Assembly (NCBI GenBank): GCA_036679065.1
Contig: JAZIGN010000003.1
Location: 192,001-256,000, forward strand
Reading direction: 5' to 3'
DNA from: Coprothermobacterota bacterium
GTDB taxonomy: Bacteria > Coprothermobacterota > Coprothermobacteria > Coprothermobacterales > Coprothermobacteraceae
DNA length: 64,000 bases
Positions 20,315 through 30,318 of this stretch are shown here, piece after piece. The translations under genes were made by a program, and so were the position numbers. Every line of letters begins with the position of its first letter. Position 1 is the first letter of the stretch. Below the pieces are notes generated by a model. The model was not told the DNA's origin and searched no databases. It was given only the letters and a program-made list of their open reading frames with translations.

Positions 20315-20507
20315 TAAAGGTCACCTCCTAAAGGTTTATTACAGCTACTATAGAACAAAACAGCTTGAAGTATATTAAATGACATTTAAGCATAGGCACA
20401 TTCATCCTGACACGGGTATGGGAAAGCACACAGACCTACTTGGTATGGACAACCCATAAACTTAGGATATGTTCGGAAGGTTTATGCTGTCCTAAGGGAC
20501 ATTAAGG

Positions 20508-20712
20508 CTACAGACGACTGTTAAAATCGAATTCTCCTTCTCTGATAATTTGCAGTAAGATGTCAGCCACCGTGGCATCGTACTTTTTTCCTTTACCATT
20601 TTGCAGTTTTTCTGTTGGCAAAGACAGTTCTACCGTCCAGCCGGACCAGTATTTATGAGCCGACTACCGCGGAGAATATGTGTTCAGCAGCAGTAACCGG
20701 AGTCGGATCCAT
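20508..20712 (-). pseudogene. Internally deleted PAS / HD-GYP signalling gene remnant
   Basis: SD GAGGAGG, ATG 20712, MDPTP..S*ILVRLDGRTVFANR (PAS-like); another frame gives EKLQNGKGKKYDATVADILLQIIREGEFDF (HD-GYP tail-like). Confidence 0.5.
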
Positions 20713-20765
20713 GAGACCATACCTCCTCATATGCATTGCTTCTTTCACACATCCGCATCAAAATA

Positions 20766-20816
20766 AAGAAGGCGGAGCAAGAATTATTCGGAGAAACATC
20801 CAGACCCCGCCTTCTT
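20766..20816 (-). terminator. Hairpin after PTS operon
   Basis: AAGAAGGCGG / CCGCCTTCTT inverted repeat with long loop. Confidence 0.5.
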
Positions 20817-20833
20817 GTTTTTTTGTTGCCTTA

Positions 20834-21133
20834 CTACTCTTGTAGTACGCCCAAGGTTTTTAGTGCTTCTTGGATTTTCTCTTTTAATTTTTCTTTGTTG
20901 AAGAAATCATCCACTCCTACTACAATTTTTCCGTAGTTTTTCACTTGGTCTGCGTAGAAGGTTTGCACCACCACAATATCGTAGTTTGACCCAACTAAGC
21001 TTCCAATGTCAGAGTGCTCAACTGTGGCTGGTACGTTAAGTTCCTTTAGCACATCTTCAACGTTCATTTTCAGGATCAAGCTGCTTCCCATACCGACGCC
21101 GCATGCTGCCACTACTTTTAGCTTATCTGCCAT
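20834..21133 (-). CDS. PTS EIIB component (UlaB/lactose-cellobiose type)
   Basis: ACGVGMGSS phosphorylation loop. Confidence 0.92.
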   Translation of the reverse strand: MADKLKVVAACGVGMGSSLILKMNVEDVLKELNVPATVEHSDIGSLVGSNYDIVVVQTFYADQVKNYGKIVVGVDDFFNKEKLKEKIQEALKTLGVLQE

Positions 21134-21155
21134 TCATTGCACCTCCGCTATTTGT

Positions 21156-22433
21156 TTACATCAGTGACTTTATCAGACTGCTTATGCCAACAATGATCCA
21201 TGTGATTATATACCAGTCGGGATCTGCCAGTACTGCAAGTTCAGGAGCCGTATTGCTAAGCATGGGCCAAGTGATAGCTTGCCCGAAAGCCAAGAACAAA
21301 CCGTTAACAGCACCACCAAGTACAGCTCCTTTCCAGCCACCAGTAGCGTTGCCAAATATGGCAGCACCTGCACCTGGGAAAAACAGCATGATCATGGATG
21401 GCACAATTGTGGCGTAGCCCGTTACACCAAAGATAACCATGAGAATGAGGAACACAATTGTGGAACTTATGAATCCGACGAGTACTGCTGTAGGCGCATA
21501 GGGGAATACTACGGGAACATCCAAAGCAGGTCTTGCACCTGGAATGAGTTTTTGAGAAATACCTCTGAATGCAGGAACGATTTCACCCAAGAAGAGCCTT
21601 ACGCCATAGAGTAGAATGGTTATTCCCGCTGCGAACCGTAAGCCCTGCAGGATTGCCCATACCACAAAGTTTAGGTTACCTGCAAGTTCAACTACAACGG
21701 CTCTATCTGCAAAGAACACCGCTATTAGTAGAATAATGCCGATTATGAATGCAGTTCCAACTGTGATATCGTTCATGAAAGACAAACGCTGTGGTATTTT
21801 GATGTTTTCAGTACTCTCTTCGGGTTTGCCTATGTATCCACCTAATGATGCTGCCAAATAAGCAACACTGGAGGAGGTGTGGCCATATCCGACGTCATCA
21901 GATTTGGTCACCTTTTTCATGTATTTATGAATTATGCGAGGCTGCAAAGTCCAGTAAAGAGCAATCAATATGGCACCAACAACAATGAGCCAACCCTGAT
22001 TCATCGTTGGGAACACTTCTAAGAAACTTGCTGTGATTACTAAGGAAATCCACCACATCAAGTGACCGGTCAAATACACAAAACCCGTGTTAAACAACCT
22101 TACTAGGATTAGATGTATGAGAAAGCCCAAAGCCATTATGGATACTGCTATGCTGCCAAAATTCGCGGTAAAGTTGTCTAAAGTATTGGCCGCAACAGGC
22201 GCTGTTATGCCGAAAGCGGAAGAAACAATGGTCTGGAAAGAAGACAAGCCAGCGGTGAAGAGGTCGGTACCTGCGAGCATGATCAAAATGCCAACGACGG
22301 CCTTTATAGTACCTGATATGACCTCTTCTACAGGTTTTCTTTGGAGAATAAGACCGATCATGGCTACAATGCCGATTAAAATGGCCACCTGGTTAAAAAT
22401 GTTGTTCACCAGAAAATTGATAAACGCCGCCAT
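21156..22433 (-). CDS. PTS EIIC, ascorbate (UlaA/SgaT) family
   Basis: YLTGHLM, GHTSS, EIVPAFRGIS, PALDVPVVF, GNATGG motifs. Confidence 0.9.
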   Translation of the reverse strand: MAAFINFLVNNIFNQVAILIGIVAMIGLILQRKPVEEVISGTIKAVVGILIMLAGTDLFTAGLSSFQTIVSSAFGITAPVAANTLDNFTANFGSIAVSIMALGFLIHLILVRLFNTGFVYLTGHLMWWISLVITASFLEVFPTMNQGWLIVVGAILIALYWTLQPRIIHKYMKKVTKSDDVGYGHTSSSVAYLAASLGGYIGKPEESTENIKIPQRLSFMNDITVGTAFIIGIILLIAVFFADRAVVVELAGNLNFVVWAILQGLRFAAGITILLYGVRLFLGEIVPAFRGISQKLIPGARPALDVPVVFPYAPTAVLVGFISSTIVFLILMVIFGVTGYATIVPSMIMLFFPGAGAAIFGNATGGWKGAVLGGAVNGLFLAFGQAITWPMLSNTAPELAVLADPDWYIITWIIVGISSLIKSLM

Positions 22434-22449
22434 AACTTTTCACCCCTTT

Positions 22450-22902
22450 TTATGAGAATTGGAAAACCTTTATCAGCTGGGTTACTTCGCTCACCTCCCT
22501 TGCGTTTCTTATAGTATTTACAGCATCATCACTGCCAAGTAGCTGAGCAAGCTCTGCAAGCATCTGTATGTGAGAGGTGTTATCGGTGGCACAGAATGAA
22601 ACCACAATGTCCACCGGATCGTTCTCTTTGTTACCGAACTCCAGTGGGTTTGCCAAGGTTACCAAACTCAAACCAGGCTTGATAACTCCGGCCTCAGGCC
22701 TTGCATGTGGCATGGCAATGCCAGGTGCTATGACGCTGTAAGGCCCAAGTTGTTTTACTGTTTCTACCATAGCCTCTATATAACTTGGTTTGGCAAAGCC
22801 TGCGTTTACCAACAGCTCTCCGCCCATACGCACTGCTTCTTGCCAGTCCGTAGCCTGAGCTTTAAGACGAATCGCTTTTTCAGTTAGAATGTTTCCCAGC
22901 AT
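22450..22902 (-). CDS. PTS EIIA component (UlaC-like)
   Basis: GPYSVIAPGIAMPHARPE phospho-His motif. Confidence 0.92.
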   Translation of the reverse strand: MLGNILTEKAIRLKAQATDWQEAVRMGGELLVNAGFAKPSYIEAMVETVKQLGPYSVIAPGIAMPHARPEAGVIKPGLSLVTLANPLEFGNKENDPVDIVVSFCATDNTSHIQMLAELAQLLGSDDAVNTIRNAREVSEVTQLIKVFQFS

Positions 22903-22975
22903 TGTATACCTCCCAATGAAAGTTTGCCTATTTGAATTTTAGCAGTGAAACTATTAATACACTCATACAAGCAAA

Positions 22976-23000
22976 GGGGCTTGTGAAAAAGGCAAGCCCC
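22976..23000 (-). terminator. Terminator of ECF-ABC cassette
   Basis: GGGGCTTG / CAAGCCCC stem. Confidence 0.55.
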
Positions 23001-23027
23001 CTATAGAGTTTTTATTCTGTACATCTA

Positions 23028-23864
23028 CTAACTACTTTGAGAAGACAAAGTACGTTTTGCTCTTATCTCGGAACCATCGGCAAACGTAAGCAAGAATAAT
23101 GCTACGCTTACCAAAATGAAAGCGATAACATTGGCGGCTAAGGCTTTAATGGTGGAATCAAAATACAAGGAAACACTTAACATTGTATAAGGCCTTAAGA
23201 GCTTCAACAGATTTACATCCCACAGTATTCTTACAAGTGGTTTTAAATAGAGTGCCAGTTCTACTCCATAAATTAGTATGCCTGTTGCTAAAGGCACAAT
23301 CACATCATCGCTTCTTGAAGAAATAAGCACTACTGCGGATGCAACGGCAATTAAGCCAAGTATAATCATGGCAAAGCAAAATAGGTAAAACATCCCATTA
23401 CTCATTCTTATATCTAAGTTTGCTGTTTCAAAAGCTTTACTGCCTAGGTCGAGAGGTGTTCTACTTGCCAAAGATACAGCGGCAGTTACCAAAAAACCTG
23501 CTGCTGTAATGAGAATTGTGTAAAATGTGGTGGCTTCTACTTTTGCCTTTTTTCTAAACGTTTTGCCGTAAAAGCAGGTATCCCCGAGCTCTTCCATTCC
23601 ATTTTTCTTGTCACCAGCCAAAATTGGCGCTGCATTGAGAAGAACAGCTATAAAGAGAAATGTAGGCAAGTAAAGATTTATCATGGTAGTAAACAGGTTT
23701 CCATCAAGTACTTGTAGCCACGTTTGTCTAAAGCTTTCCGAAAAATAAACGCCGCAGGTAAAAAGCACGTAAACAGCAAGCACAATCAATGTCCAATGGT
23801 TGTTTAGCAGTATTTTTAGTTCAGCTATCATAAGGTGTTGGTAGGTTCCGCCTTTAGCGCTCAT
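23028..23864 (-). CDS. ABC-2 type permease-like membrane protein
   Basis: Multiple TM segments, in operon with ABC ATPase. Confidence 0.7.
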   Translation of the reverse strand: MSAKGGTYQHLMIAELKILLNNHWTLIVLAVYVLFTCGVYFSESFRQTWLQVLDGNLFTTMINLYLPTFLFIAVLLNAAPILAGDKKNGMEELGDTCFYGKTFRKKAKVEATTFYTILITAAGFLVTAAVSLASRTPLDLGSKAFETANLDIRMSNGMFYLFCFAMIILGLIAVASAVVLISSRSDDVIVPLATGILIYGVELALYLKPLVRILWDVNLLKLLRPYTMLSVSLYFDSTIKALAANVIAFILVSVALFLLTFADGSEIRAKRTLSSQSS

Positions 23865-25039
23865 GCAATTATCTCCTTCCTATTGTAGAAAACATAAGTG
23901 AGCAAAATAGCTACAGCGAATATAACTGCTTGAGTAATCAACGTAAATCTTATAGTGGGAATGGCACTGTTCCCAACAATAAATACTTTTCCGTTTCCCA
24001 AAACGTCTGTAAGCGACATGAGAGAAAATGTGCTAACGTCAGCGAATATTGTCCTCATGGAACTAATATATTGACCTTCAACATTTAGTGAATAAAGGGC
24101 ACCAATGGCAAAATAGATGCCTGAAATGAAGAAACTAACTAAATTACTTCTGCACAGGGAAGATATGCACAATATTACCGCCGTCAAGACGATGGCTCCC
24201 AGTAGAGATCCTGCAAGCTGGCAAAAATAGAACTGCAAAGCCCACATGGTATTAGGCATCTTGTAAAAGGATGTAAGGCTGTTTATGGGGGTGTTTTTGA
24301 AGGGAAGGCCGTAAACATGCATATAAAGAAGTGCTGCCAGAGCTTGAAATATGATTACAACTATTGCGGCAAACAAGCAACTTGCCAGTAGCTTGCTCGA
24401 AAATAATTTGCTTCTGCCATTTTTGGTCGTAAGTAATATGCCATGCATTTTACTGGTGTATTCGCCCGTGTAAACACCAGCTGTGCCAAGTATCACCACA
24501 AAGGCTATCAGTAATGGAAGCATAGAGTTGTTTATATCTATCCAGTCATCCCAGCGTGTAAGATTCGGCTCCATCTTAGGCATGTTTGTGTACTGCTGAA
24601 GCAAATACCTGTTGAGCGGTGTATCTGGTTCGTTCTTTAGTTCTTGTATCATTTTATTCAAGGTAACGTTTCGCTCAACTAAGCTTTCAATGCGCAGTGC
24701 TGCTTCTTCTTTTAACTCTTTTGCTACATCATAGCGTTCATATACTTTGCCTTGGTATTGCTCAATAGTTTGAGTTATTTTAGGAGAGATCATCGGCTGA
24801 AGCTCGTCAAAAGTAACGTTAAATTCATTTTTTATAACATACTCTTGTACTTGCGGGTCATAAGCTGCGTCAATTATCTCTTGAAACACCGGCTGCAACG
24901 CTCTTTTGCTGTACACTACAGAGAAATTGTCGGCAAGGTTAAGAATAAGGTACGCGTAGAAAAGTGCAAGCAGCAAAGCTAATATCCATACGTACTTCTT
25001 TGAAACAATTTTCTTGAACTCTGCACCGATAAGGTTCAT
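23861..25039 (-). CDS. ABC-2 type exporter permease
   Basis: TM segments, EYTSKMHGILLTTKNGR motif typical of such permeases. Confidence 0.78.
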   Translation of the reverse strand: MNLIGAEFKKIVSKKYVWILALLLALFYAYLILNLADNFSVVYSKRALQPVFQEIIDAAYDPQVQEYVIKNEFNVTFDELQPMISPKITQTIEQYQGKVYERYDVAKELKEEAALRIESLVERNVTLNKMIQELKNEPDTPLNRYLLQQYTNMPKMEPNLTRWDDWIDINNSMLPLLIAFVVILGTAGVYTGEYTSKMHGILLTTKNGRSKLFSSKLLASCLFAAIVVIIFQALAALLYMHVYGLPFKNTPINSLTSFYKMPNTMWALQFYFCQLAGSLLGAIVLTAVILCISSLCRSNLVSFFISGIYFAIGALYSLNVEGQYISSMRTIFADVSTFSLMSLTDVLGNGKVFIVGNSAIPTIRFTLITQAVIFAVAILLTYVFYNRKEIIA

Positions 25040-25905
25040 TCGTCCTGGCCTCCGAAAACATAAACGAAGACATCTTCTAAAGAAGGTTCTGCCGGCGTTG
25101 CATCTTGAAGTGGTTTTGAATCGCTTACTATACGTATTTCAAAATGGTCATCTTTTTGAAGTACGTTGCCAATAGGGAACCGCTGCTTGAGTTCGTTTAG
25201 CTCGCGGTGGCTAACATTGACGAGCCACACTTTTCCTTCAACCATGTGACGGAGGTTTTCCGTCGTATCACAGTTTACGACTTTGCCTTCCTTTAGCAGA
25301 ATGACTTGGCCTGCTATGGACTGCACATCAGAGACGATATGTGTGGAAAGAATGATGATGCGGTCTTCGGAAAGCTCGGAAAGAATATTTCTAAAACGTA
25401 TGCGCTCGTTAGGATCTAACCCCGCTGTGGGTTCATCGAGAATAAGAATTCTTGGGTCGTTAAGCAGTGCTTGAGCTATGCCGATACGCCTTATCATGCC
25501 TCCTGAAAACTGACCAAGTTTCTTATTTTTCACATCTGCTAAACCTACTAAATCGAGAAGTTCATCTATTCTGCGGTTTGCGTACTTTGGGTCCAGTCCT
25601 TTGAGTGCCCCAAGGTACTGCAAAAAGCGCTTTGCCGTGAAATCTCTGTAGTAACCGACCTCCTGGGGCATGTAACCGAGAATATCTCGGTATTTGGCTC
25701 CTAGTTCCCCTATGGTTACGCCATCTAGGGTGACTTTGCCTGAAGAAGGTGGCAAAACGCCCACCATCATGCGCATGAGTGTGGTCTTACCGGCTCCATT
25801 AGGGCCCAGCAAACCGTATACACCGCGTTCAAAGTTTAAGCTCACATGATCTACGGCACATCTATTTCCAAAGTTTTTTGTTAGGTTTTGCGTTCTAAGT
25901 TGCAT
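25036..25905 (-). CDS. ABC transporter ATP-binding protein
   Basis: GPNGAGKTT, FSGGM, LDEPTAGLDP; start 25905 or 25911. Confidence 0.95.
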   Translation of the reverse strand: MQLRTQNLTKNFGNRCAVDHVSLNFERGVYGLLGPNGAGKTTLMRMMVGVLPPSSGKVTLDGVTIGELGAKYRDILGYMPQEVGYYRDFTAKRFLQYLGALKGLDPKYANRRIDELLDLVGLADVKNKKLGQFSGGMIRRIGIAQALLNDPRILILDEPTAGLDPNERIRFRNILSELSEDRIIILSTHIVSDVQSIAGQVILLKEGKVVNCDTTENLRHMVEGKVWLVNVSHRELNELKQRFPIGNVLQKDDHFEIRIVSDSKPLQDATPAEPSLEDVFVYVFGGQDE

Positions 25906-26666
25906 TAACATGTACCTCCTAAATCCAATGTTGTCAATTGGTGGCTAAAGGCATGTAGCGAAAAAATAAACAGCATAGTACTTACTCCAAGTATGACGAG
26001 CAACGAGAAAAGTCTTATATTGAGTAGCATCATAGCCAGTTCGTGCCTATTTACGAAGAGCATGACAGATGCGATAATCCACCCTGCAAGTATGCCCATT
26101 ACTGGTAAGGACTCACCAAATTTTGTTGCAACCAGTAGAGCCAAAAAACCGATGAAGAACATCATAGTGGAACCCGTAAGGAACATCCTTAAAGGGGTGA
26201 TCAAGTTTTGCGATGTAGAAGTAGTAACTAAGGCTAATAATGCTACGTTCAACACTGTACCGACCATGATCTTTACTACGTAAAGTTGATTTGCATTGTA
26301 TTTGCAAGCTTTTTCCAGCTCTACTACGGCCGGTGTTCTAGTGGTCATAACTTCTAGTAAGCTTAAAAGTAAGGGAACGGGTGCCCCAGCAACAAAAATA
26401 CCTACTGCAGAAAGCGAGGATTTAGCGCTACTTATAGAGAGTACGGTTATTGCCATAAACGCAGCGCACGCAGCCCAGAAGACAATGGATGTTGTGGTAA
26501 GCTGCAAAATAGCGATATCCCATAGATTAATCCGTTTTCTTTCTACAGGTAGATAATCAGCAGCTATTTGTACCACAGATTCGATCTGCTGCTCTGGGAT
26601 TTGCGGTATATTCACACTTTTAAAGAGCTGCTCGATATGCTTATCTTCGTTACTGCTCTTCTCCAT
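25905..26666 (-). CDS. Membrane protein, putative anti-sigma factor
   Basis: Overlaps ECF sigma stop; short soluble N-terminus then about 6 TM helices. Confidence 0.65.
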   Translation of the reverse strand: MEKSSNEDKHIEQLFKSVNIPQIPEQQIESVVQIAADYLPVERKRINLWDIAILQLTTTSIVFWAACAAFMAITVLSISSAKSSLSAVGIFVAGAPVPLLLSLLEVMTTRTPAVVELEKACKYNANQLYVVKIMVGTVLNVALLALVTTSTSQNLITPLRMFLTGSTMMFFIGFLALLVATKFGESLPVMGILAGWIIASVMLFVNRHELAMMLLNIRLFSLLVILGVSTMLFIFSLHAFSHQLTTLDLGGTC

Positions 26667-27192
26667 CTGTCTCTTCCCCCTTTAGCAGTATGGAAAGCTT
26701 GTTAAGTCCGTACCGTATTCGCGCTTTAACTGTGGGCTCTTTAACTTTGAGCATCTCTGCAATTTCCCTACTAGTAAAACCGTAGTAGTACTTAAGTACG
26801 ATGCAATCTCTTTGATCGGTAGGAATCCTAGACAGCGCATTTAACAGCTCTGCGCTGTCTGTTACGTTTTCCAAGCTTGAAGTAATGTCATTTTCGCTCT
26901 CTTCTTCGAACTCGTATTCCTCATGCCTGCTTTCATATTTCCAGTGATTCCTTAGATGGTTCGCGGCAATGGTAAAGAGCCACGAACGGAACTTACCACG
27001 ATTCTCATAAGTTTCTATGGAAGCCACCATCTTCACAAAAACCTCCTGCGTTAAGTCCATTGATATTTCGCGGTTTTGCGTGTGGTAGTAGAAGTAAGCG
27101 AAAATATTTTGGTAATAAGCTTTTATGAGAGTGTCCAGCGCGCGTCTGTCACCGTGCTTAATCCTATCTATGAGCTTTATTTCGTCCACCAT
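26650..27192 (-). CDS. ECF RNA polymerase sigma factor
   Basis: DLTQEVF, FRSWLFTIAAN, EIAEML..TVKARI. Confidence 0.93.
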   Translation of the reverse strand: MVDEIKLIDRIKHGDRRALDTLIKAYYQNIFAYFYYHTQNREISMDLTQEVFVKMVASIETYENRGKFRSWLFTIAANHLRNHWKYESRHEEYEFEEESENDITSSLENVTDSAELLNALSRIPTDQRDCIVLKYYYGFTSREIAEMLKVKEPTVKARIRYGLNKLSILLKGEETDGEEQ

Positions 27193-27558
27193 AACACCAC
27201 TTTAGCCGCATCTAACCTATAAAACAACTCAGAAGGGCAAAAAGATATAAAGCTGGAAAAGATGCTTTGCTTGTGTGTGGTGGCGGCAAAAATTGTTGAA
27301 CTTCTTTAGCTCGTGAGAAAAGAAGATAAAGTCTTGAGCCCCAAAAACGTCAGGAACTCTGCTTTTTGACTGCCGAACGTTTGGCATTTAGAACATGAGC
27401 TTAAATTATACCTTTCAGCTGTAATTGGACTTTTCAGGTAGCACATGCGTTTTCAGTTTCTAAACACATACGCGTATACAGATTCTAGTAGAACGTGCCA
27501 CAATGTGTGGCATGTGGGGGAAATGCCTTTGTGATGCAGTTATTTCAAGAGATAATGC

Positions 27559-28593
27559 TTAACCGTTCATGGCTTCATACATTTCGGCATTTAGTATGGC
27601 ACAGCCAGCAGCACCCCGTATGGTGTTGTGAACCAAGGCAAGGAATCTTAGGGAGCGCTCAGAGTACTGCACAAGCTGCCCCATGCTCACTGTCATGCCG
27701 CCACCCAGATTACGATGCAGTCGAGGTTGGGGAGCGTCGCTTTGAGGTAAGTAAATTAACGGCTTTTCCGGAGCTGATGGCAGGTTAAAGCCCTTTAGCG
27801 GCTGGAAGTTATTGATGGCGTCAATGAGGGCTGTAATACTGACCTTTTCTTTTGTTTTTACAGACACTGACAGCAGGTGGCCATCTACCACGGGCACGCG
27901 GTTGCACTGAGCGTAAATTTTGAAAGGCGCAAAGTCGATGGCCTCTTCGTGTTCATTGTAATTGCCAAGTATTTTTAGCGGTTCACTGGTTAGCTTCTGT
28001 TCTTCACCGTTTATGTGGGGGATTACGTTGTCCACAATATCCAAAGATGATACGCCGGGATAACCTGCACCGGACAATGCTTGCATGGTTACCACGTTAA
28101 CTTCTTCCAAGCCGAACAAATCAGCAATAGGTTTTAGTGCCATGACAAGGCCCACTGTGGAGCAATTTGGATTCGTAATGATGACGCCGGGTGTGGTTTG
28201 ATAACGAGTCAGTGAAAGGTGCTGCCAGTTTATCTCGGGTACTACCAATGGCACGTTTGCATCCATGCGGTGACAGGCTGCATTGGAAAACACGGTATAG
28301 CCTGCGTTCACAAACATATCTTCTATGGGGCCCGCCACACTTGACGGTAGAGCAGAGAAAACATAATCGCAATGGAAAGTGGGCCTGCACTCTTCAATTA
28401 GCATGTCTGAAATGGAATCCGGCATGGCAGTATTTAATCTCCACGTAACAGCCTCTTTATACGTTTTTCCAGCGGAATTTTGAGAAGCTGCAAGTGTACT
28501 TATCTGGAAATAGGGATGATTTTCCAAAAGCTGAATGAAGCGTTGTCCCACTAAGCCCGTTGCTCCTAAAATGGCCACTTTTCGTTTCCTCAT
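27559..28593 (-). CDS. asd: Aspartate-semialdehyde dehydrogenase (archaeal/fungal-like subtype)
   Basis: GATGLVGQRF, NPNCST, QALSGAGYPG, HNTIRGAAG; start MRKRK with SD AAGGAGG. Confidence 0.95.
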   Translation of the reverse strand: MRKRKVAILGATGLVGQRFIQLLENHPYFQISTLAASQNSAGKTYKEAVTWRLNTAMPDSISDMLIEECRPTFHCDYVFSALPSSVAGPIEDMFVNAGYTVFSNAACHRMDANVPLVVPEINWQHLSLTRYQTTPGVIITNPNCSTVGLVMALKPIADLFGLEEVNVVTMQALSGAGYPGVSSLDIVDNVIPHINGEEQKLTSEPLKILGNYNEHEEAIDFAPFKIYAQCNRVPVVDGHLLSVSVKTKEKVSITALIDAINNFQPLKGFNLPSAPEKPLIYLPQSDAPQPRLHRNLGGGMTVSMGQLVQYSERSLRFLALVHNTIRGAAGCAILNAEMYEAMNG

Positions 28594-28622
28594 GTGGTAT
28601 TTTGTATCCTCCTTTCTATTCT

Positions 28623-29582
28623 TTAGCGCCACACAGCTTGGAGAAGCGCTTTGGCTGACTTACTTTTACCCATGGTAAAAAGGTGTATGCCGGGCGCTCC
28701 CCACGAAAGTAGCTTTTCAACAAGTGATGCCATGAACGCTGTGCCCACTTCAAACTCCTCTTTGCTGCTCTTGGCTTCTTGCATTTTTTCCAGAAAAGCG
28801 TGGGGAATGTTGACGAAGAATTTTCTCGGTATGCTGTAGATGGATTTGAGGCTGACCACGGGTTTTATACCTGGAATAATGGGTACATTTATACCGATGC
28901 TTCTGGCTCTTTCTACAAAGTCTTTGTACACGTCGAAGTCGAAGATCATTTGGGTAATGATGTAGTTTGCCCCTGCTTCCACTTTTTCTTTTAGGTGCTT
29001 CATGTCTTCCTCCAAATTGGGAGCTTCAAAATGCTTTTCTGGGTAACCAGCTACTCCGATACAGAAATCGGTGCACATGGTGCTTTCTTTCTGATACAGG
29101 TAGTGTCCTTTGTTCATATGCGCAATTTGCTGCACTAAATCCACTGCATATGTGTGGTAGTCTTTGTTGTTCTCTTGTTTGCTTTCTCCTTCAGCGTTTT
29201 CGTATTCACCTCTAATGGCAAACACATTTTGCACACCAATCAAATGCAAGTCAATGAGTAAGTCTTCAAGCTCAAACTTATTCATGCCGCGGCAGAGAAC
29301 GTGTGGCACTACGTCCACTGAGTAACGTTTCATCAATGCAGCTGTTAAACCTACTGTACCAGGCCTCTTCACCTTCGGCACCTTCACGATGGTACCGTCT
29401 TCAAGCTCCACATAAGTGGTCTCAGCTGCATGTCTGGTCACGTTTATGAAGCTTATGGGGTAATCAGTTATAAGCTCGTCAACGGCTTTAAAGATGTCTT
29501 CCGCACTGTGTCCTCGATTCGGTGGTAGGACTTCTATGGAAATGATCCGTCCCTGCTCGATTTTGTCAGTAACTTTCATCAT
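28623..29582 (-). CDS. metF: Methylenetetrahydrofolate reductase
   Basis: SIEVLPP, GVAGYPEKH, ITQMIFD, GIHLFTM. Confidence 0.92.
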   Translation of the reverse strand: MMKVTDKIEQGRIISIEVLPPNRGHSAEDIFKAVDELITDYPISFINVTRHAAETTYVELEDGTIVKVPKVKRPGTVGLTAALMKRYSVDVVPHVLCRGMNKFELEDLLIDLHLIGVQNVFAIRGEYENAEGESKQENNKDYHTYAVDLVQQIAHMNKGHYLYQKESTMCTDFCIGVAGYPEKHFEAPNLEEDMKHLKEKVEAGANYIITQMIFDFDVYKDFVERARSIGINVPIIPGIKPVVSLKSIYSIPRKFFVNIPHAFLEKMQEAKSSKEEFEVGTAFMASLVEKLLSWGAPGIHLFTMGKSKSAKALLQAVWR

Positions 29583-30318
29583 TACCACCCCCTTCTAGAA
29601 TTCTTAGCTGGTGTTTTCCCACTGTGCCCATGGTATTTCCTATGATGACGAGGAGCGTATCAATCTCAGGATGTAGGGGAGAATTCAGAATACTTCGAAC
29701 GTCGCTGGGTTGTCTTATTTGGTTGCCATAATATGTGGCAAAAGCGTCTGCCAATGCTCCTGAGCGAGCAACCACTGTTACCGCGTCTGCTTTGCCGAAG
29801 CTGATGGAAGGGCCTACTGTGCCAGAGGAAGTGCAAATGCCATAGTTCCCTGCTGGCACTTCTAAGCCGATTCTGCCTGAAAGAGGAGAGTTCCCTGCAA
29901 ATATGGAAACCACGATGGGCTGCTGCACTTTCACAAATAGGTCGCCACCATTTTCCACGATAACTTCCCTACAACCGAATTCGTAAGAAAGAAAACTCCC
30001 CACTTGGTCAGCTACTGCTCCTGCCACCGCAGCCATGGGCCCAACATGGGCAAGTTCTGCTGCATCTAACATTTTTCGTACAATGCCCACTGCAATGGGG
30101 TCGTTTACTGGTTTGAAGGACGTCAGAAAGACGGGATTTTGTTTTATGTAATCTTCCAATTGCTGGCGTAATCTGGTTATGAACTGAAGGGCGGCTTCAG
30201 GCATTTCTTCATAGGTTTTGTCAACGCCAATCCATAAGTCAGTTTCTTTGTAGCCCACAGAAAAGCTATGAAATCGTCCTTTATGCCAGCTTCTGTAAAA
30301 ACGCCTAGCGTTGTTCAT
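29566..30318 (-). CDS. UPF0280 / ApbE-like protein (COG2122)
   Basis: VGPMAAVAGA, ENGGD, CTSSGTVGPSISFGKADA. Confidence 0.9.
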   Translation of the reverse strand: MNNARRFYRSWHKGRFHSFSVGYKETDLWIGVDKTYEEMPEAALQFITRLRQQLEDYIKQNPVFLTSFKPVNDPIAVGIVRKMLDAAELAHVGPMAAVAGAVADQVGSFLSYEFGCREVIVENGGDLFVKVQQPIVVSIFAGNSPLSGRIGLEVPAGNYGICTSSGTVGPSISFGKADAVTVVARSGALADAFATYYGNQIRQPSDVRSILNSPLHPEIDTLLVIIGNTMGTVGKHQLRILEGGGNDESY

